Part shown: positions 44,968 through 54,013 of the stretch, one piece after another
Position numbering within the stretch: the first letter of the stretch is position 1
Layout of the letters: each line of letters begins with the position of its first letter
Origin: an uncultured Candidatus Saccharibacteria bacterium
GTDB taxonomy: Bacteria > Patescibacteriota > Saccharimonadia > Saccharimonadales > SZUA-47
Direction: 5' to 3'
Assembly: GCA_964536485.1 (NCBI GenBank)
Contig: CAZHXX010000006.1
Coordinates: 6,777 to 70,776, forward strand
Length of the DNA stretch: 64,000 nt
The notes under the pieces: generated by a model
The model's input: only the letters and a program-made list of their open reading frames with translations
What the model was told of the DNA's origin: nothing
The model's database searches: none
Translations under genes and position numbers: made by a program

Positions 44968-45959
44968 TGGATAAAAGCCCCTATCTTTAAAGCATCATGC
45001 GTGTCTAGCCAACGATAAGGACAATGTGTGCAGGTGTCAATAATTTGGTCAGAGCTATTGTAGGCCAGAAGCTCCATGGTGTTTCCGCACGATGGGCATT
45101 GCAGGGCCTGAGTTCTCTCCGGCGCCACACCAGTATCTGCCAAGTTCAGCTTCAGCTTATTATTTCTAAGGTCGTTAAGGTTTTTGCCACTCAGCAGTAT
45201 TCCGTCATTGTTTGGGCATGCAAAATGCGTTCCTATATTCTTCATGCTTTCATGACACAGAGGGCACAATAAATCATTTCGTACATCAGTCCCATAGCTC
45301 GCAGCGAGTTGTTGCTCCTGCTTGGTTAATGGAATTTCTATAGACGGTCGTATCTCTTTAATAAAGTTAGGCAGTATAGTCTTAAACTCAGGTGCGCTTA
45401 CCGTCTGCACAAAATAGAGCTCATTGCCCAGAATCTCCCAGCTATACGCTCGGCAGAACTGCACGGTATAACTCATTGCCTTCGGGTCGAGCACATATCT
45501 CGATTGGGTTTGTTGGCCCCTTTCTGCATAGAGAGCAAAGTATGTCTCATAGTCTCCCTCAAGATGGACTTTCTCCATGATACTTCGTATATTCGCAGGA
45601 TTAAGTTGGGTCGTGTCGCTATCCTTTGGTATTCCCAGCAAATGCACCTTTGTCGCAAACGGTAACTGGACACGATATATAAGCGTGCTAGCATCATTTG
45701 TTGCAAAGGCGCCATAAGAAAAGTTCTCAAGCGTCCCAGATTTTAAGTTCAAAAGCTCTTTTCCTTCAGTGTAATAAGAAAGAAGCACCGATGTATCGGC
45801 AAGTGTTATGCCTCTCTTTTTTCTGCTATATTTGAGAAAAACATCAACAACTTTTGCAATAATTATGATGATCGAATAAGTAGCAAGCATCGGAACGCTG
45901 AGCAGTGTCGTAGAAATACTTCTGGCAAAAATCATTACAAGTATAGTAGTACGAAACAA
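44964..45959 (-). CDS. hypothetical membrane protein with two C-terminal zinc-ribbon-like motifs
   Basis: 'CPLCHESMKNIGTHFACPNNDG' and 'CPSCGNTMELL...CTHCPYRW'. Confidence 0.55.
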   Translation of the reverse strand: MFRTTILVMIFARSISTTLLSVPMLATYSIIIIIAKVVDVFLKYSRKKRGITLADTSVLLSYYTEGKELLNLKSGTLENFSYGAFATNDASTLIYRVQLPFATKVHLLGIPKDSDTTQLNPANIRSIMEKVHLEGDYETYFALYAERGQQTQSRYVLDPKAMSYTVQFCRAYSWEILGNELYFVQTVSAPEFKTILPNFIKEIRPSIEIPLTKQEQQLAASYGTDVRNDLLCPLCHESMKNIGTHFACPNNDGILLSGKNLNDLRNNKLKLNLADTGVAPERTQALQCPSCGNTMELLAYNSSDQIIDTCTHCPYRWLDTHDALKIGAFIQ

Positions 45960-46159
45960 GACAACTTACAATCAAGCTTACACCTATACAAAAGAACCTG
46001 CTTAGGAATATTCTATAGCATAAGCATGGGCTCAGCCACTTTACGGGAGAGCGATGAGAAGTTCCGTGGCCCACTTCAAGGCTAAATTTTATAAGAATTT
46101 TTTGTCGGTATTGCCAAAAAACATTTTAAAACCACAGCAAATATGTTTATATTAAGCCA

Positions 46160-46474
46160 ATGTTTAGACGCAAACCCGACCCAAGACAGCCAAGACGAAC
46201 TACTCGCCCTGTAGACCCCAACGCTATAGTACTTGAAGGCATAGGTGGCGATGTACACATCGCTGGCCCAGACAAAAGTAAGACCCAAGCCAATTTCTTG
46301 CGTCTTCTCCATGGCTTACCCCTACTTGGTACAGAAGAGTACGATGAAAGCGCACAGCCTCCCAACACGGTACCTCCCCATATAACCATCGAGTCAACTG
46401 TTGAGGGAGGCGGACCACATCGTATCACAGTGTTCCCTTTTATCCGCCCAAACAGAAACCCAACCCAGGACTAG
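46160..46474 (+). CDS. hypothetical protein
   Basis: 104-aa ORF; TTTAAA-17-TATATT-6-ATG leaderless-type arrangement; competing antisense ORFs exist. Confidence 0.35.
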   Translation: MFRRKPDPRQPRRTTRPVDPNAIVLEGIGGDVHIAGPDKSKTQANFLRLLHGLPLLGTEEYDESAQPPNTVPPHITIESTVEGGGPHRITVFPFIRPNRNPTQD

Positions 46475-46534
46475 CTACTAAATTAGGACAAAATACTGCA
46501 AATAGGTTTAAAATTTTGCCTGGTGTTCAAGCGG

Positions 46535-47341
46535 TTACGCTCTCGGAAGATTATTTCGTCGTTGCTCCTCTTCCCTAACGAGGTGTTGTGTTTCTTCGAT
46601 GATTTTTTCATCTTGCGTGTCATAAGCTTCGTCCTCTATACCGCCACCACCCATCGCCGCTGGTTTAGGATAAAGGTTGTAGGCCAACGCAATAGCAACT
46701 GTTGCAGTTTTCACGTCTCCACGTTTCAACGCTTCAGCAGGTATAAAATCTATGTAATTGTCCCATCGCATTCGTTCCATGTCTTTATCCTCGATGCCTG
46801 AAGTTTCAGGATTTGGGACAAGCTCCTGGACAAGCTCAAGCGCTCTTTTTGGCCCCCCATCTGTAGCACAAGTTTTTCTTACGAGCCCTCTTAGTGCTCG
46901 CTGGTAGCCAGAATTATCAAGAGTTTCAAAATTGGTTCGATTTCTAATCATTGCCTCAGCTTCTTCAAGTCTACCAGCTTCTATGAGACCTCTTAGTATA
47001 TGGAGGTCCATATCGTAAGTAGGGCTTTCAACCCGTGTGAAGAAATCTTTTGCAACTTCAATCTGGCCTAGTCCTACCGCTTTTATACCCAACCACGCCA
47101 TAGGGCCATTCTTATCTGGGCCAAACGGAGTCTCTCTGATTATCGGGTCACTGGCCAATACCTCAGCTTCATTCCATAAAGAAAGTCTTGCAGCGAGCCC
47201 AACGAATTTTACTGCTTTTAGACCTTGTTCTTCGGGAGTGTGTTCTGCGATGAGCGTCCAGTAGTGCTCAGGGCCAAAGGCGCCTCCTTCTATAAGATGG
47301 TCAACAATAGAGTCTCTTGCAACACGTATGTTCATTGTCAT
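46535..47341 (-). CDS. hypothetical protein (helical-repeat-like)
   Basis: 268-aa ORF. Confidence 0.6.
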   Translation of the reverse strand: MTMNIRVARDSIVDHLIEGGAFGPEHYWTLIAEHTPEEQGLKAVKFVGLAARLSLWNEAEVLASDPIIRETPFGPDKNGPMAWLGIKAVGLGQIEVAKDFFTRVESPTYDMDLHILRGLIEAGRLEEAEAMIRNRTNFETLDNSGYQRALRGLVRKTCATDGGPKRALELVQELVPNPETSGIEDKDMERMRWDNYIDFIPAEALKRGDVKTATVAIALAYNLYPKPAAMGGGGIEDEAYDTQDEKIIEETQHLVREEEQRRNNLPRA

Positions 47342-47665
47342 CCAGTACCTCCCAAAAATCTATCCTTGATACGTCACTTGTATCATTCTTTTTAAGCTTA
47401 CTAAGCTTGGCGTAACTTCAATCCTTTATCTATGGTAAGTTATGCACTCTTTACTTGTTAATAGAAACATATTGAATTAAATTATTGCAACTTTATCTAA
47501 ATTAAGCAAAATCTTCACGAGTGAATAAGTGCGCAACTGGTAACCAGAAATTAATCCCTGCTTCTCGTAACCCTCTCAGTAAAAACTCTCTATCAGTAAG
47601 TTTTTACGTCATATAATGTAATTAGTATGTTTACAAGACTTATATAATGCAAGTTATTGTTACTA

Positions 47666-48046
47666 CTAACTTCTCAACGACAAACTTAATCTTGCGAAGA
47701 ACTCTATAGTTGCTACTATGCCGCCATACGCAATCTCAATTGCTTTTCCTTGCTCTACGCTTCCGTCGTCTGCATATGAAATACCAAGTAGCCTTGAAAG
47801 CTCCATGATCTCTTCGGGCATACCAGGCACCCCAAATAAGGCCGTACATCCAATTGGCGCGCTTAAATTCTCAAACGCAAAGCTAAGCGTCTCAAATACT
47901 TCACGAACCTCTTCAATACTAGGCTGTCTGAGCCCAAAAACTTCGCTAAATGTCGGATCCTGCTCATTTCCTGCCATAACCTCGAGTATCTCACAAGAAA
48001 GTTCTATTGCAAGCATAAGCACACAAGTATATCTACTGAAATGCAC
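47666..48046 (-). CDS. hypothetical protein
   Basis: 126-aa ORF. Confidence 0.45.
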   Translation of the reverse strand: MHFSRYTCVLMLAIELSCEILEVMAGNEQDPTFSEVFGLRQPSIEEVREVFETLSFAFENLSAPIGCTALFGVPGMPEEIMELSRLLGISYADDGSVEQGKAIEIAYGGIVATIEFFARLSLSLRS

Positions 48047-48082
48047 AATTGAATTCAGATAAAATGCTGATACTATGTTGTT

Positions 48083-48418
48083 ATGGTTAAAAAATCAAAA
48101 ATTACTCAACGACAGAAAGAAAACATAGTACTTCTTGTAGCTAGTGTCGCTTTCTCTGCAGGATTGATATACGTTTCAACACAAGACCCAAATCAACTTG
48201 CTTTAGCGTTCTGGACAGTCGCTGGCGCTATCGTTCTTTTACGTTATGCCGAAAATCGTACAGAAGAAACTCCTAAAAAAGGAGCTAAAAGCTCAAAAGC
48301 AAAAAACAATAGGACAGACTTTAGACTTTCAAAACTTCTGACAAAGATTCTGTTGGGGTGTTTGTTACTTTTTGGAATATGGGCAACAGCTGGAATTATC
48401 ATTTTTGTCACACAGTAA
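48083..48418 (+). CDS. small hypothetical membrane protein
   Basis: 111 aa, 3 hydrophobic segments; TTGAAT-16-TACTAT-6-ATG. Confidence 0.5.
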   Translation: MVKKSKITQRQKENIVLLVASVAFSAGLIYVSTQDPNQLALAFWTVAGAIVLLRYAENRTEETPKKGAKSSKAKNNRTDFRLSKLLTKILLGCLLLFGIWATAGIIIFVTQ

Positions 48419-48526
48419 CGAGACCCTAGCTTCTTATGTAGCCTTCTCTTCCAGTATTAAACTAATAAAGGCTTCTACAATTAAGTAATTTTAGACGCCT
48501 TTGAAATTTACAATTACAACTGTTAG

Positions 48527-49075
48527 TTAAAGTGAGGCCTCTAGGCAAGGATCTGGCATAGCTTGTGGTTGCACCGTATAGCCACATGTATCATCAAGAA
48601 CTATACGGCCAAGCTCTAACTCATTTCTAGATTCAAGGTATTCTATATCATCAATCAACTCGGGTAGTGTACAAACACGATTTATAGTGCCGACTGCACT
48701 TAAAGAGAAGGCTATGCTGAATCGATGAGTTAGTTTTCCCGGCGAAAAGCAAACTACATTTTCACCCAGAAAAACTTCTACGCTACGTGGCCGTAACTCC
48801 GTAGCACAGGAGCCGTCACCCAATCTCACTTCAGAGAGCGTGACGCTATTGCCGTTGCTTAGTTCTATCACTCGGCTGTCGCTACAGTCCGGAGGTGCTT
48901 CGTTCACACGCCTACCTAAGCTGTTGTCAGAGTTTCCTGAGTCATCTGAATTATGGGCTGTTACAGAAAATAATAATACTGCTAAACTGGCAACAGGTAT
49001 AGCGCGTCTCCCCAAGAATGCTAGCTTATCCCGCAGTCTTTCTTCGTCGCTTCTGTTTTTTAGTTTTTCCGCCAT
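48527..49075 (-). CDS. hypothetical secreted/anchored protein
   Basis: 182 aa, N-terminal hydrophobic segment 'AIPVASLAVLLFSVTA'. Confidence 0.55.
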   Translation of the reverse strand: MAEKLKNRSDEERLRDKLAFLGRRAIPVASLAVLLFSVTAHNSDDSGNSDNSLGRRVNEAPPDCSDSRVIELSNGNSVTLSEVRLGDGSCATELRPRSVEVFLGENVVCFSPGKLTHRFSIAFSLSAVGTINRVCTLPELIDDIEYLESRNELELGRIVLDDTCGYTVQPQAMPDPCLEASL

Positions 49076-49274
49076 GCAACAAATGTAACATGCCAGCTGA
49101 ATACTTTATAAGTTAATTATTATAAAAAACATATTTTTAATACAGATTAAACTTATATCAGCCAAAACCAGGCAATTCTTTTGTGCAAGTTCAAACTAAA
49201 GAACTATAAAAGAGACCTATTAAAGCGCTGCAATTTTTTCTCTTGCTGGGGCTTTCCCAGGTTTTTTTCTAGCT

Positions 49275-49787
49275 TTAAGTTAAATCTCGTGTTTCTTGTG
49301 CAAGCACAAGCACTGGGTCTGCCTGAGCAATGAGCTTGTTAACTATAAAGCCCAAAGCCGGCGCAACTTCCATATATGACTTAACGCATTGTTGCTGTCT
49401 AGAGCCTTCAATGGTGACATCTGGCCATAGGTTTGCTTCCGAGATTGACAGAAAAGATATTTCAAGCGGGTTTCTGAAGGGTGACATAGCTGTGAATATT
49501 GTTTTTGCGTCATCTCCTGGAGCTTCCTTGAGTATGCCCATCGACTCTTTACCTCTCGAAGTGTCAGGGTTAACCCAAACTACACTTCTTTCAGCAGGCT
49601 TTTTAGCCTGCGCGGGCAGAAGCGACTCTATCAGTGCGTCAAGTACCATCGGTGCGTGTGACATAGCAGTATCTAAGCGGGGCCGAAACAAATACATTTC
49701 TTCTAAAAACTCCGCAGGAGTATTCCGATGCTCAATATAAGGTGTATCCAGCCGTCTTACCAAAGCTTTAGGTGTTCTCTTAAACAT
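49275..49787 (-). CDS. hypothetical protein
   Basis: 170-aa ORF. Confidence 0.55.
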   Translation of the reverse strand: MFKRTPKALVRRLDTPYIEHRNTPAEFLEEMYLFRPRLDTAMSHAPMVLDALIESLLPAQAKKPAERSVVWVNPDTSRGKESMGILKEAPGDDAKTIFTAMSPFRNPLEISFLSISEANLWPDVTIEGSRQQQCVKSYMEVAPALGFIVNKLIAQADPVLVLAQETRDLT

Positions 49788-49971
49788 GCACTAATATGTA
49801 TCATTCGCGTGAGTGATACGCAAGCAGTAGCGTATTGTATCGTCGTTAATTACATAAGTTCGTCACGCATATTCACTCGACAACCTGCAAGCACGCTCGC
49901 TCAGCCAAGCAAGGATTCCTCAATATGCCACCGGCGTGTCTCGCCCATCGGTTCAAGTCCTGCGGCTACAG

Positions 49972-50003
49972 TCAAAATAAAAAGCCCAGATAAAACTGGA
50001 CTT
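49972..50003 (-). terminator. rho-independent terminator after tRNA-Trp
   Basis: 8-bp stem 49982-49989/49996-50003; its single non-Watson-Crick pair is G.U only on the minus strand; followed by TTTATTTT. Confidence 0.6.
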
Positions 50004-50010
50004 CTTATTT

Positions 50011-50086
50011 TGGCAGGAGTGACAGGACTTGAACCTGCAACCAACGGTTTTGGAGACCGCTACTCTACCAATTGAGCTACACTCCT
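50011..50086 (-). tRNA. trpT: tRNA-Trp (anticodon CCA), CCA-3' encoded
   Basis: Hand-folded cloverleaf: acceptor AGGAGTG/CACTCCT, D arm GCTC/GAGT, anticodon arm GCGGT-CTCCAAA-ACCGT, T arm GCAGG-TTCAAGT-CCTGT, 76 nt. Confidence 0.9.
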
Positions 50087-50211
50087 ATGAAACACTTTGT
50101 TAATAATACCAGGTTCAAGCCAGGACTTGCGCCTTATTTGCTCCTCGAAGTGCAAGCACTCTCGTCGGCCAAGCTTGGAAAACTCAGAAGTTCACAGAAC
50201 TTCTTCGCCAG

Positions 50212-50262
50212 TGCAACCAACGGTTTTGGAGACCGCTACTCTACCAATTGAGCTACACTCCT
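50212..50262 (-). pseudogene. truncated tRNA-Trp copy (positions 1-51 only)
   Basis: 53-nt block 50212-50264 identical to 50036-50088; T-arm 3' half and acceptor 3' strand missing; followed by hairpin 50186-50204 plus TTTT. Confidence 0.85.
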
Positions 50263-50430
50263 ATAGCAATGCTTAATTATAACTTATAAGGTTCAAATCT
50301 GACAGGAATTGTGTCTTGGTAGCCCAAGACCGCTACTCTGGCAAGCTTTGCCTGCCCACAGAACTTTCATGTATGAAACAAGTTTCATCCTAAAAGGTTC
50401 TCTTGCGAAATGCGCTAATGGCATTTCTCA

Positions 50431-50448
50431 CAATTGAGCTACACTCCT
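50431..50448 (-). pseudogene. tRNA-Trp fragment (positions 1-18), with a second piece (positions 21-33) at 50327-50339
   Basis: 21-nt block 50431-50451 identical to 50069-50089; 13-nt block 50327-50339 identical to 50054-50066. Confidence 0.7.
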
Positions 50449-50535
50449 ATGGTTCGACACATTATACCTTAAAACTATTAATTTCTGTAGCTCCTCGTTC
50501 AGAAAACACAGCCACCTTCTGATACACTAAAGGCA

Positions 50536-51240
50536 ATGAAAATCACTGTTTGTTCGTGGAATATTCTTAACGACGGCTATGTGCCAAAACATTTTCCCCA
50601 GGCAGAACGCTTGCCAAGAATGATAGAAGAAATACGCAACGTCGTGTCGGGCAAAAAAAACGTCACGCTCTTTCTCTGTGAAGTCATAGACCCAGAGCAC
50701 TTTGACCAAATCGCCAAAGCAACGGGGCTCCATGTTGCTGGGAAACCCGTCTATTACCGCGGTGGACAAAAAGAATATTGTGGCTTCTTGGTAAGCAAAT
50801 CACTAAAAAACAGCGCAAAACAAGTTCAAAAAGTAATTGGCGACGGCAACCACAACTCAATCATGCTTTTAAAACTTGGCGACAAAACAATTGCTGGCAT
50901 GCATCTCCCGGTAAAAGTTCTCAAAGAATGGACATCACGTAAAAACCACGTCGTCAGTATGCTCACCCAAGACACCGACATCTTCTCCGGCGACTTCAAC
51001 GCCACCTTCTTTTTCCCTCTTCGTTGGCGCATCAGGCGTGCTGGCTACAAAGAAGCGCATGCAAGCTTTCGCCCGCCCTTTCCGTTTCCTACCTACCGTG
51101 GCAAGAACTTGCCGTGGTGGCTCCCGGTCATATCAATAGACGCAATTTTCTATAAACCCTCGGTAAATGTTTCCGACTTCGGTCACTCGCTCAACCCAGG
51201 CTCAGACCATCCACTCATCTGGGCAGACTGCGAGCTCTAA
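50536..51240 (+). CDS. endonuclease/exonuclease/phosphatase (EEP) family protein
   Basis: 'ITVCSWNILN' N-terminus and 'GSDHPLIWADCEL' C-terminus. Confidence 0.8.
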   Translation: MKITVCSWNILNDGYVPKHFPQAERLPRMIEEIRNVVSGKKNVTLFLCEVIDPEHFDQIAKATGLHVAGKPVYYRGGQKEYCGFLVSKSLKNSAKQVQKVIGDGNHNSIMLLKLGDKTIAGMHLPVKVLKEWTSRKNHVVSMLTQDTDIFSGDFNATFFFPLRWRIRRAGYKEAHASFRPPFPFPTYRGKNLPWWLPVISIDAIFYKPSVNVSDFGHSLNPGSDHPLIWADCEL

Positions 51241-51722
51241 TGCTACATATTGTAGGACACTTGCTTTTTGCCCTCGGACTGCTTCGCTGGTTAACGTGGG
51301 AATATAAGAAGTCTTTTGAGCGAACTAAATATGTTATCTGGCTTTTTCTTACCTTATTCTTTGCAATCCTTGGTCTATTGCTTTCAGAGTTATCTACGAG
51401 TGGTTTAGGAATAGGCAATTTCTTAATGCACGCTGTTGGTGGTGGCGTGGCCACGGCCTGCACCTACGAATATCTTAGGAGAAACCTCGGCTTAAAGCTC
51501 AGCTGGCGCGTTGAACTTGCCTTTTTCTTTATGTTCGTGAGCGCTTTTGGTGTGCTTAATGAGCTACTAGAATATGTTGCAGAACTTAGCGGTTACGGCA
51601 TATTTAGTCTCGACAGCCAAGATACATGGCGCGATTTTGTTGCCAATTCAAGTGGCGCATTCGTTGCTCTGCTGGGTATCTATGTACAAAGAGCTTTATC
51701 TGGAAAGGATAGTAAAAAATGA
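51240..51722 (+). CDS. hypothetical membrane protein
   Basis: 160 aa, 4-5 hydrophobic segments; overlaps neighbours. Confidence 0.55.
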   Translation: MLHIVGHLLFALGLLRWLTWEYKKSFERTKYVIWLFLTLFFAILGLLLSELSTSGLGIGNFLMHAVGGGVATACTYEYLRRNLGLKLSWRVELAFFFMFVSAFGVLNELLEYVAELSGYGIFSLDSQDTWRDFVANSSGAFVALLGIYVQRALSGKDSKK

Positions 51723-52309
51723 AAATACTTCTCGCTTCGCAGTCACCACGCAGGAAAGAACTGCTCGCAATGATGGGGCTTCAGTTTGAAGCAGTCCCAA
51801 GTGACTTCGACGAGTACTTTGATGATGCCCGTAGTCCGGAGGAAGTAGTAAAAGAACTAGGTCTTGGCAAAGCCCGTGCTGTAGCTACTCAGCACCCAGG
51901 TACAATCGTGATAGGGAGCGACCTTATGGTTGTGCTAGACGGGAAACAGTTGGGCAAGCCAGAAACCGAGGCAGAAGCTATCAAGATGTTGCAAAACTTC
52001 AGCAACCGCACACACGAAATCATTACTTCAGTCGCAGTGGTGCATAAAGACTCAGGCTATGAGAAAGTGCTCACCGAAACGTCATACGTTACTTTTGACG
52101 AGCTCCCAGAAAGTACTATTCTCGAATACGTCGCAACCGGCAACCCCTACGACAAAGGTGGAGCTTACGCTATCCAAAACCCACTAATCAAACCACACGT
52201 CACCATAGAAGGCCGTATAGATACCGTCCTCGGCCTCCCCACAAATCTCGTCGCTAAACTTCTCGCTGATTTTGGCTTTAATCTGGAATCGGTTGACACA
52301 ACTAATTAG
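51719..52309 (+). CDS. maf: Maf-like nucleoside triphosphate pyrophosphatase
   Basis: 'ILLASQSPRRKELL', 'IGSDLMVVLDG...GKP', 'GAYAIQ'. Confidence 0.9.
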   Translation: MKILLASQSPRRKELLAMMGLQFEAVPSDFDEYFDDARSPEEVVKELGLGKARAVATQHPGTIVIGSDLMVVLDGKQLGKPETEAEAIKMLQNFSNRTHEIITSVAVVHKDSGYEKVLTETSYVTFDELPESTILEYVATGNPYDKGGAYAIQNPLIKPHVTIEGRIDTVLGLPTNLVAKLLADFGFNLESVDTTN

Positions 52310-52384
52310 TCGTAATGCTCAAAAATTATCTTATCTGTACCTTTTCAGAATACTGACAGGTAGAACATCTTCTCGATGAGAACG

Positions 52385-52957
52385 TTAAATATTTCTTGAT
52401 TCTCTTGTGTCATAGTATATTGGGCTGTCCGTGACGATATTCTTATAGAGAAAATTACCGTTTCTCTCACGCCTGGCAACTCGAATCGCTGTACTTAGAC
52501 TACTTAGCGCGACATCCTTTGCGAATAAACCAAATTTACGTTCTTTTAACACCTGTTTCTCTCCGTCGGTGACCGCTACGGGTCTTCCTGCAAGATAAGA
52601 CATCCAGTCTGTCAAAGTAGCCTCTTCATAGGATCTTACTTTTGCAGCTACCGCTGACTCAAATTTTGGCTGACCCTCTACCACTGTAAGAATCTTAGTA
52701 TCGGTAACTTCGCCCGTCTGGAGTAGTGTCGTCCCGGTTAAATTACCCATCGCTTCAACAACATCTTCTCTTCTTATCCCAGGGTATCTACCTGAAGCAT
52801 CGGTTTCAATTGGTATCGTTACAGACACATCGGTGCTATCTAGGCCTAGCAATCTTCTCCCAATAAAACCGCCTGCTAATAATGTTCTTCCGTTAAAGCC
52901 TGTTAAATCGCTTATATCGTCGCGCGGAGTAATTTCATCACTAAAAAAATCTGACAT
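52385..52957 (-). CDS. hypothetical protein
   Basis: 190-aa ORF. Confidence 0.5.
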   Translation of the reverse strand: MSDFFSDEITPRDDISDLTGFNGRTLLAGGFIGRRLLGLDSTDVSVTIPIETDASGRYPGIRREDVVEAMGNLTGTTLLQTGEVTDTKILTVVEGQPKFESAVAAKVRSYEEATLTDWMSYLAGRPVAVTDGEKQVLKERKFGLFAKDVALSSLSTAIRVARRERNGNFLYKNIVTDSPIYYDTRESRNI

Positions 52958-53072
52958 AATTACTCATTATACAATATTTTAATTTTAAAGTAAATGCGCT
53001 TTTCTCTTCGACTTCTTACCATAACTTATAAGTAGGTATGTTACTATACGTGATAAGTAATCGGGAGTTTAT

Positions 53073-53420
53073 ATGGGTGATTTAAGTGAAAGCCAGCAAG
53101 AAAGACTTACAATTATTGAAGGTCATGTTGATGTGGGAGCACTTTCTCTACCCGATGCCGATGTCTATGCACTGTTAGCAGGCACCGACGCATCACGTGA
53201 TGTTGTACGAGCGACCTTTGAATTTCATGGTGTACTTGCAGGGGCTAGGGTCGCACTAGAATCAGACCTTGAGGCTATTGAAATAGCCGAAAAAATGGAA
53301 GCAGCAAACTTGGCAGAAAGTTGCGGCGACATATCAGATGTTACAGATTTAAAATTAACCTTAAAGGCTATGGCCCAGACATACAAAACTGCGCGAAGCA
53401 AAGTTCCTATCAGAGAGTAG
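53073..53420 (+). CDS. hypothetical acidic protein
   Basis: 115-aa ORF with GGGAG SD 7 nt upstream. Confidence 0.45.
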   Translation: MGDLSESQQERLTIIEGHVDVGALSLPDADVYALLAGTDASRDVVRATFEFHGVLAGARVALESDLEAIEIAEKMEAANLAESCGDISDVTDLKLTLKAMAQTYKTARSKVPIRE

Positions 53421-53728
53421 TTTTTTAGTATTCACGAACTCAAAAAACTGAAAAATCAATCTTTTCTAAATTCCGCCCGCGGTCTATACTTATACATAAG
53501 TTGTGTGAGGGCTTTCATCGGCGACGATTAATTCCTCCTCGCAGACTCTATCGCATTTGTAGCCATCTGCCTATCTTTTAGCCGGATGCCTACTTCAAGC
53601 AAGCTAGCTATATATCGTTGACAGTGTGAGCGTTAAACTGATCAAAAAAGATGCAATAAACAGATTGACGTCTACTTTTTTGCACCCTTTGACTCTCTTT
53701 ATAAAGCTAAATCTTGAGGTAGAATACT

Positions 53729-53944
53729 ATGAAAATTTATTACTTTGGCGAACTTATCGAAGACACAAACGAGACAAAGAATGACACAAAAAAATCACAA
53801 GAAATAGCCCAGCTTGCGTTGAATCTTGGCGAACAAGAGCCTGCAGAAGAACCGAAGAAGACGGGGATGGAGTCTATCGGCGATATTCTGAAAGATCTTG
53901 ATCTAAACATCGACATCTACCGCCCCCTCCAGCTCTCTAACTAA
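53729..53944 (+). CDS. small hypothetical acidic protein
   Basis: 71-aa ORF, GAGG SD ~10 nt upstream. Confidence 0.35.
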   Translation: MKIYYFGELIEDTNETKNDTKKSQEIAQLALNLGEQEPAEEPKKTGMESIGDILKDLDLNIDIYRPLQLSN

Positions 53945-54013
53945 CCCGCCTCTGCTCCTTAAAATTTATATATTTTGCTTATGGCTAGCATGAGCCATGC
54001 ACTAGAAGGACGA

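Noticed and set aside
49728-50075. 115-aa + strand ORF
   Set aside because: It runs through the terminator and most of the tRNA-Trp gene, so it is spurious.
50011-50451. tRNA-Trp fragments as attL/attR scars of an integrated element
   Set aside because: The duplicated parts are 5' portions lying upstream of the intact gene, spaced at a regular ~176-187-nt period with shared spacer motifs, and no integrase is nearby. Tandem duplication followed by decay fits better. This is not fully excluded.
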